64,000 bases of DNA from Tubulanus polymorphus (Eukaryota > Animalia > Nemertea): contig NC_134025.1 of assembly GCF_964204645.1 (NCBI RefSeq), positions 28,872,299-28,936,298 on the forward strand. The letters run 5' to 3'. Both the position numbers and the translations under genes were made by a program. Shown here in pieces: positions 55,978 to 64,000 of this stretch. A model generated the notes under the pieces. That model was given only the letters and a program-made list of their open reading frames with translations. It searched no databases and had not been told where the DNA came from. How positions within the stretch are numbered: position 1 is the stretch's first letter; the number at the start of each line of letters is the position of its first letter.

Positions 55978-58900
55978 ATGAAGACGAGATACAGTACAAT
56001 AGATATACGAGCTGCTATTAGTGAATTAAACTCCAGGTGACAGTTCGTCAGCGGCACTGACATTGAATTAATTACTTCTTCACATTCAATCAAATATGAA
56101 TACACTTTATTGAGTCAAACTTAACATTTCATCATTTCGTTATTCTATTTCGTTGTAGATTCATAGGCTTACGAGTCGCAAATGTATATGACATAGATCA
56201 CAGAACATACCTCATTAGATTAGCCAGGTAAATACTGATAAACATTTGATTTGATTTTTTGATAAAAATGTTCTGTTTAATCTTCCGCCTCTTCGGAAGT
56301 TGGTTTCCCAAGACTAACCCTATTGTGTCGTTGATTTCACTTCACAATGGTACAATGCCTTTGAAGTGTTCCCTACACTCTGTAAGCAACCGGCAGAACT
56401 CTTACCCACTTGTCACTGGGTGCTGATAGATAGTGAATGCAACAACATCCCACCTCATCCCACTGAGCTAATGAAGCTGCTAATTTCTTGTTATAAATTG
56501 TGAGATTGTCGTTTGACGGCTGTTTACATATTTGTTTCTTATATTTTTCAAGACCCGATGAAAAGGCGATGATTCTTCTAGAATCTGGAAATAAAATCCA
56601 CAGTACGGAGTTCGACTGGCCGAAGAATATGATGCCGAGTGGTTTCAGTATGAAGGTAGTTATTTGGTTATGATAACAAATGTTCACTCGTGAAATCGTT
56701 CATCGTTCATTTGTGAAATTATTATAGTTGCGGAAACATCTGCGATCACGACGTCTGGAAAAAATAGAACAACTCGGAATCGATCGAATTATAGACTTAC
56801 AGTTTGGTTCGGGAGAAGCTGCTTATCATCTTATTCTAGAATTATACGATCGGGTAAGTAAGTTGCTTTCACGGTTATTACAGATCGGGGAATTTTGAAC
56901 TGATTCTTTTCTGCAGGATGAATCAGGAAATTTCTGACTCTTCATTCTTCATGAGAAAATGGGAATTTGAATTTTTAGCTGGTGATGAGTGGCACGAAGA
57001 ATTTTCAATTCCCTGATCTGTAAGAAACCTGTGTTTTGTAATTATTGTTTATCAGTATGTTTGATCGATCCGTTGTATGGAAAAATATGGTGGGCAACTT
57101 TTTTCAGGGAAATATAGTTTTAACCGATCATGAATTTACTATAATGAATATACTTCGACCTCGAACCGATGACAGTCAAGATGTCCGCTTTGCCGTGCGT
57201 GAAAAATATCCCATCGAGAATGCGAAACAACCAACGCCTTTTATATCACAGGACAGGTAAGCCCTAGGCCATGTTTTAGTTCTGATTTGTCATTTTCTCT
57301 GAAAATTACTTAGGCCTACCTGGTATCGGATTTTAGAAAATTCACCGATTTTTGTTTTTTAGATTGAAAGAAATCATTGAGAATGCTAAAGAAGGGGATT
57401 ATTTGAAGAAAATCTTAACACCTCACTTCGGTCAGTTGATAATTGTATCCTTTAGAGACAAGAATCTGTTCAACTATGATATACATTTAATAGTTATCAA
57501 CTGTTGTATTTTTAGAATATGGACCAGCCCTCGTTGAACATTCTCTGCTTACTGCGGGCTTCACTGAAAACTTAAAAATCGGTGTTAATTTTAACATCGG
57601 AATAGGTAAATAAGATACACTGTTGAAATAATCTTTTATTGAATGGATTTTGACTAATTCTTTTGTCTCTTTCAGATTTACCGAAATTGTATTCTGCTCT
57701 ACAAATCGCTGAAGATTTGCTACAGAACAGTCAAAACCGCACAGAGGAGTGTAAGGTACAAGAATTTGCTATGATATTGTATAAAAATTTAGATGGATCA
57801 TTGACATTTATCATATTTCTTCCATATTTAGGGTTACATCATACAGGAAAGACGTAAAAAAGCAGAAATGGCTTCAGAGGGACAGGAATTACTGACGTGA
57901 GTTCATCAACTGTCACCAATGTGCGATGAATACACTGATTTTGTCTCGTCTAAAACGACTGTTGAAATATATTTCAGATATAAAGAATTCCATCCGTACC
58001 TCTATAAACAACATTCTGATCTGCCATTCATAGAACATGTGGATTTCAATAAGGTATTCATTCCAAAGATAATACATGTACATCTAGTTCTATTAAAGAT
58101 CAATGAGAATTTTCCTACCTATGCTTGCAATTCAGTGTTTTTGTTTCTTTTTACCATTAGGCAGTAGATGAATTTTTCTCCAAGATCGAAAGCCAAAAGC
58201 TTGATGTTAAAGCTTTACAACAGGAGAAAACTGCGCTGAAGAAACTAGACAATGTGAAGAAAGATCATCAGAAGAGATTAGACATTTTACAAAAAGAGCA
58301 GGTATGCTAACTGTATTATTGTTACTCTGTATTCTACTATAGATATTTGACTTGATTTCCATATTTGACTTGATGAAGAAGGTTTTTCAATAATATGAAT
58401 ACCGGTATTAATCCATTATATTGTAGGAGCTTGACACGATGAAAGGTCAATTAGTAGAAATCAACTTGAATCTGGTAAGTTAAACACCTTTTTTTGCAGT
58501 CAATACTCATATGTAGAATGTACAAGGTAGTAATTTCTCCACAGGTTGATAGAGCTATAATGATTGTTCAAAGTGCGATCGCGAATCAAATAGATTGGAC
58601 GGAAATATCTGATATTGTGAAGGAAGCGACGATTCAAGGGGATCCAGTTGCATCTTCTATAAAAACGCTCAAACTCGATACTAACGAAATAACAATGTTA
58701 CTACGGTAAATATGATACTATACTCAAATATAGTGTATGAATTCTAACTTAGGGTCTATTTTGAATTCATGTTTACAATTCTTCAATTCTAGAGATCCTT
58801 ATGACGATGAAATCAAACCAACTAAAGTACAAATACAACTGAATCTTTCTGCTTATGCGAATGCGAGGAGGTGAGTAAAACTTTGATAAAAAATTTGAAA

Positions 58901-61900
58901 AAAAAATCTTATTTGTAAAATAAAGATTAGCAGTATATTCTGATGAATGATTGGTTTCAATTATTTCAGGTATTACGACAAAAAGAAACACGCTTCAGTG
59001 AAAGAAGAGAAAACTATAGATGCATCTGCAAAGGTAACTTATGCCGAGAAAAGCTCTTCTACATCTTTGCGTTGGATGAGAATTAATTTTGTCTGAATAT
59101 TTCATTCAGGCTCTGAAATCAGCGGAGAGAAAAACGAAAGAAACTTTGAAAGATGTACAGACTGCTATTAGCATTAATAAAACACGTAAAACTTACTGGT
59201 GAGGTTTTCATCTCTGACTGAATCCGGATTCATCGATGATTTTTGTTACAATTTTAGAATTATATTCTACTTGTGTTTGTGAATGGCTGTTTGTAGGTTT
59301 GAAAAATTTCTCTGGTGCATCAGTTCGGAAAACTACTTGATAATCGGAGGCAGAGATCAACAACAGAATGAACTGATAGTCAAACGATACCTGCGTCCAG
59401 GTACTGTTTATATAGTGCTCTAATCATCAATTAAACTGAGATGATATGATGTGCTATATCCATGTTTATATTGTATTGTAGGTGATGTCTATGTGCATGC
59501 TGATCTTCATGGTGCTAGCTCTGTCATCATAAAAAATCCTTCAGGTGATTATACATGTATTTGAGAATTGTTGACTTCCTTCAGGTTCATAGTTGTAGCA
59601 TAAACGTTTAGGAGAAATGAAGAATTAGATCTTATTAGGAGTTCCATCGCCAATGTTTTAACCTTAGACCTAAAAACCCCAAATTTCAACCGATTATCTT
59701 TGAATAAAATCGAGCATGTAATGAAGAATGAACGGCGATTTCAGGTGAACCTGTTACGCCGAAGGCTTTGAATGAAGCTGGAACGATGGCTGTTTGTAAC
59801 AGTGCTGCGTGGGAAGCTAAAGTAGTTACTAGCGCTTGGTGGGTTCATCACGATCAGGTCTCTAAAACTGCGCCGACTGGTGAATATTTAACAACGGGTT
59901 CTTTCATGATTCGAGGTAAGTTCATTTCAATCCGCTACTTGTACTCCCCTCTCCCTCTTAGATAGTCATATCATTTGATGGGTGAATTCTGGACGACCTG
60001 ATACATGGATTTTGTCTGTGCGTCAGGTTACAAACATATTTCGATTCATACAAATATCAAAATTGCCTTGGACCAGACAGGGGACCTGGTGAATTGTTAG
60101 ATAGGCGGCAATAGTCTGCGATTTTCTGATGGGGAACAGACAGCAGATTAACAGCCATAGCCTATACTTAAACAAAAAAAATTATAAGATAAAATATGAT
60201 AAAAACTCGAGTTTTGTATTGATTGTGACGAATTTGCTCTGTATTTCAGGCAAGAAGAATTATCTACCACCGTGTTACCTGGTCTATGGATTCGGTTTCA
60301 TGTTTAAGGTAAATTAAGGAATCACGTTACGCAATGTATTGAGGCATATATCATAATATGAGGTGTAGTCATTTCATACTGTATTATTGTATAGTTAGAT
60401 GAGGATAGTTTATTCCGTCATATCGGTGAACGTAGAATTAAAACAGCGGAAGAAGACACAATCTCCGAGATAGGAACATTAGAAAGTGAAGGGACGGAGA
60501 TATCAATGGACGACGATGCGGCTGATAATACCGATGACTCGGATTCGGAATCCGATGATGCAGTTAAAGTGAATCTAGAACCGGTGCAAGAAGAGGAAAT
60601 ATCATTCCCCGATACCAATATATCACTACAACATGTTACTGGGGATAAGTAAGTAATTATTTTGAATATTATTTATTCATTTGATAGGTAGGACACGTGA
60701 TTATTGAGGGATGGCTTCTGTTTTGTTTTTATAGGTATCAACTGCAAGGATATTCTGATGACAAATTTCATACAGATGAACAGGATGTTGTATATTTAGG
60801 GGATAATGAACCTATTCATCTGTCAACTGTTACTGAAAAAGTTGTAAGAAATTAGAAAAATTTTCTAAATCTTAACAATTCTGTGAATTTAACCCTTTCA
60901 GTACTGACTAATTAATACCCTATAGTGCTAGAGATAATTTTAAAATTCTAAAAAATTCCACCCTAGCGTGTTGAACAACGGGAATACCACTATAGTGCGT
61001 CTACACTGTGGTGCGGTGTATCATTAGTTACTAGTATTTCACTATGTTTGACACGGCTGCCATTTTTCAAGAGGGATAATTACTAATTACTAGTCTAATT
61101 ACATCAATACACCGCAGTGCGGTGTACAAGCAAAATCTATCACTGATGTATACACCGCACTGCGGTGTAGACGCACTGAGAGGGTTAAGCATTGCACAAG
61201 GGCTCTTATTTATACGTGTTGTATTAGGGCCATGGAAAAATGTCACAGAAGCAACGGAAAAATCAGAAAAAAGGGAAGAAGGGAGACAATCAGGGCGGTG
61301 ATGAAGAGACTGGTAGAGAAAATGAGGAATTAATGGAGGATGGAGAAAAGGTAAGTTCATGATTAATGGTTATTGTATTAACAAAGAGTTTTATGTGAAA
61401 TATTTGAAATGTGTCGTGATAGAAAAATAGAAACTCTGGACAACAACAGCAGCAGCAGCAGCAGCAAGCTCCATTAAAACGTGGTCAAAAAGCGAAAATG
61501 AAGAAAATCAAAGAAAAATATAAAGATCAAGATGAAGAAGAACGTCAACTTAAAATGGAAATCTTAGCTGTACGTTCTTTTCGAAATTATCCTCATTCCC
61601 ACTAGATTTTCACAAATCAATGAATTCCTACTCGAACTATTACAGTCGGCGAGACCACAAAAAGAGGATAAGAAGAAGAAGGGAAAGAAGGCAATGCAAC
61701 AGGAACAAAAACAGAGGAGAATGGCGAATAAACCTCTATATACACGCGATAGTACTCCTTCTGAAAGACTACAGGCTATAACTATAGACGAAGGTAAGAA
61801 AATATCTGAGATTCGTAATATAATTTTCGTAATAAGTTTTGACTGCTTTCAACTGATGTTTTGAGTATTTGTAGCCGCGATCGGAGAGAAAGAATCATCT

Positions 61901-62323
61901 GCTGTTGAACATCCTGGATCTGATGATGAGAAACTAGACACAGTTGAAGATGAGACTCTACCGACAGAGGTATGCATGATATCACAAACGTTTGTCCATC
62001 AAAATCTGTTCGTTATAACCGATTGTGCATTATATCCTGTACGAAATAGTTGATATTTTCGTATTTTGGACAAAATTCTAAGTTTGTTGGAACTGATGAA
62101 TCGTTATAACGAGTTTCCAATCTATTTAAATTAGCTCTTATTGAATGAATGTTTTGGATAATTTCAGGAGTTGAATATGTTAGATTCATTTACTGGAATA
62201 CCAGACGTAGAGGATGTGTTACATTACGCTATACCTGTTATCGCCCCTTATAACACGATGACTAATTACAAGTAAGCACTATTTACATTGATTTGAGTTT
62301 GAGCTTTATTTCAACGCGATGAC

Positions 62324-62364
<41 letters not shown>

Positions 62365-62977
62365 TATTATTATTATTATTATTATTAGCATTATTATTGT
62401 TATCATTACCATCAATCTTCTTTTTTTCTCTAGGGGGCCTGAACGTGATTGAACAGCCTTTAAGGCTCTGTTCAGGTCCCTCATCATCAATCTACTTATT
62501 TGTTATACGTTTTATTTGTAATTATAATTGATGATGAAATAAATTACATTACATTACTATGAATTTATATATCTACTCATAGATTTAAGGTGAAACTAAC
62601 TCCTGGAACTACCAAGAGGGGGAAAGGTAAGTCAACAATAAAATTATAAGAGTAATGAATTTGTTTCATTGGTTTCGATTTCGTTTCATCGGTTTATTAT
62701 TTCTGACATTATTATCTAAATTCTAGCGGCAAAAACTGCGTTGAATATGTTCACGTTTGACAAGTCGACCACGCCTAGAGAAAAAGATTTATTGAAAATA
62801 GTCAAGGTAAATAAACGAGATGAATTCTATCGAGTCGTCTCTTTCGCAATAGCCGCGTATATCCAATGTTTGCTGTTGGTTATATTTCAGGATAATGACA
62901 TATCGCGGAATTTCCCCGGTAAAGTAAAAGTTTCCGCACCGAATCTACTTCGAAGTAAAGGAAAAGGCAAGAAGTGA
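55978..62977 (+). CDS. NEMF: Ribosome quality control complex subunit NEMF (Rqc2; many exons)
   Basis: [127 protein letters not shown] at 62975-62977. Confidence 0.96.
56372..56478 (-). mobile_element. tRNA-derived SINE-like fragment in a NEMF intron
   Basis: A-box TAGCTCAGTGG on the minus strand near 56470. The B-box region is degenerate. Confidence 0.35.
56881..57020. mobile_element. Short MITE in a NEMF intron
   Basis: TIRs cagatcggggaatt ... aattccctgatctg, flanked by TA on both sides. Confidence 0.7.
60893..61184. mobile_element. piggyBac-type MITE in a NEMF intron
   Basis: TTAA|ccctttcagt ... actgagaggg|TTAA, with internal caccgcagtgcggtg palindromes. Confidence 0.85.
62325..62399. 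repeat. (ATT)n microsatellite in a NEMF intron
   Basis: Long, nearly perfect ATT run. Confidence 0.95.
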
Positions 62978-63079
62978 AGTGTAGAATATGTCGAGTTCTG
63001 TCTCTGTGAACATCGATTGAAAAAGACTCGATAGCGTACGAAGAGGTGCAATTGATAATCGTGTATTTAAAAATTGTTT

Positions 63080-63451
63080 GTTTTTGCGAATAAGAATCTC
63101 TTATTCGCTGAATTAATAAAATGGTTGAATATTTTCGAAGATTGTTTTATTTGTTTATTTCGTATCGGGAAACCTACTAGAATTGAAACGTATTTAAGGT
63201 CGAAGAGCATGAAAGGAAATTCACGGTGTTTAATGAATGGTATATCGCAGTCGGCTGTAGCATTATTTGTTGTTGCGAATAATAATCTCTTATTCGCTGA
63301 ATTAATAAAATGGTTGAATATTTTCAAAGATTGTTTTATTTGTTTATTTCGTATCGGGAAACCTACTAGAAGTGAAACGTATTTAAGGTCGAAGAGCATG
63401 AAAGGAAATTCACGGTGTTTAATGAATGGTATATCGCAGTCGGCTGTAGCT
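63080..63451. repeat. 189-bp tandem duplication, two near-identical units
   Basis: gcgaataa...gtcggctgtagc starts at 63086 and again at 63275. Confidence 0.93.
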
Positions 63452-63539
63452 GCTGCCGCTTTAAGAGAGATTGAAGAAAAACCAAGCATCTCTTGAATGT
63501 CACGTTGCCATGGTGACGGGAAAAAGATGCTTGAATAGA

Positions 63540-63946
63540 TTAGTTCTCCGCGATGGCTGCTGTGTGTGAATGCTTCAGCGCTAGTTTAGAATCACGGCGA
63601 GATTGGCTGGAAAATGAAAAAGAATTGGAAAATCGAAAAATTGTTTTAGAAATTCGCTTTTATTATGCTTTTTTTTACATACGATGCTTAAACAACATCT
63701 TTAATTAATAATAGTTTCACAGTGGTATTTTAAACACCATGTTTATGTATTTGATTAGCTACGTCACCAACTTAACAATTACCCTCGTGTAAAACATCTA
63801 TACGCACAAGACACAATATCGGTCTAGAATAACACGCGTTAAAAAATCTTCTTTACTATGTTACTTGTAATAATTACCCATGGCCTAACGACCTCAATTG
63901 CCTAATTATCTGCAGGTTACCTCTTAATGCGTTTACTACTCATAAT
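63540..63946 (-). CDS. Candidate last two exons of a gene entering from beyond the window end
   Basis: Exon 63946-63921 (AG/GT-bounded) and exon 63606-63540 splice in phase to give IMSSKRIKSQSRRDSKLALKHSHTAAIAEN*. No family recognised. Confidence 0.4.
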
Positions 63947-64000
63947 CTATAATCAAATTTGAGACGACGAGCAAATCTGAGAGATCGAGACTAGATCGAA

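Noticed and set aside
57445-57453. GTATCCTTT inside a NEMF intron (a similar motif lies at 25815 in SYCP1)
   Set aside because: Neither is at an exon boundary. The ordinary upstream GT donors keep the frame, and no U12 branch point follows.
62319-62531. Signal-peptide-like poly-Ile/Leu ORF
   Set aside because: It is a translation of the intronic (ATT)n microsatellite.
63086-63108. 3' UTR hairpin as a SECIS or histone stem-loop
   Set aside because: It lacks the SECIS AUGA/GA core and the histone consensus, and no in-frame TGA was seen in the flanking genes.

Overview
This is AT-rich, gene-dense eukaryotic DNA with many short spliceosomal introns (mostly 60-120 nt). It is probably a compact invertebrate animal genome; lophotrochozoan affinity is an inference. 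I assembled 13 complete genes by eye: BROX(-), WDR27(+), FSIP1(-), ARV1(+), a PhyH-family dioxygenase(-), SNRPE(-), SYCP1(+), a divergent Sox-like HMG/AT-hook factor(-), a JmjC hydroxylase(-), POLR2F(+), two tandem TMEM45 paralogues(-), a classical calpain(+) and NEMF(+). That is 14 loci counting both TMEM45 copies, plus partial genes at both window ends. Most genes are in head-to-head pairs. The window also holds three U12-type (minor spliceosome) introns and many small TIR-bounded non-autonomous DNA elements and tRNA-derived SINE-like fragments. There are no prokaryotic features and no CRISPR array. The most notable observations are: an unclassified Sox-like gene next to SYCP1; a CDE/CHR-like element in the short SNRPE/SYCP1 bidirectional promoter; Harbinger-type insertions inside the SNRPE U12 intron; a gene-conversion tract limited to the TMEM45 coding sequence; and candidate cassette and poison exons inside the calpain catalytic domain. 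I found no clearly new multi-gene system. Gene coordinates span first to last coding base including introns. All family calls are from recognised motifs, not database searches.
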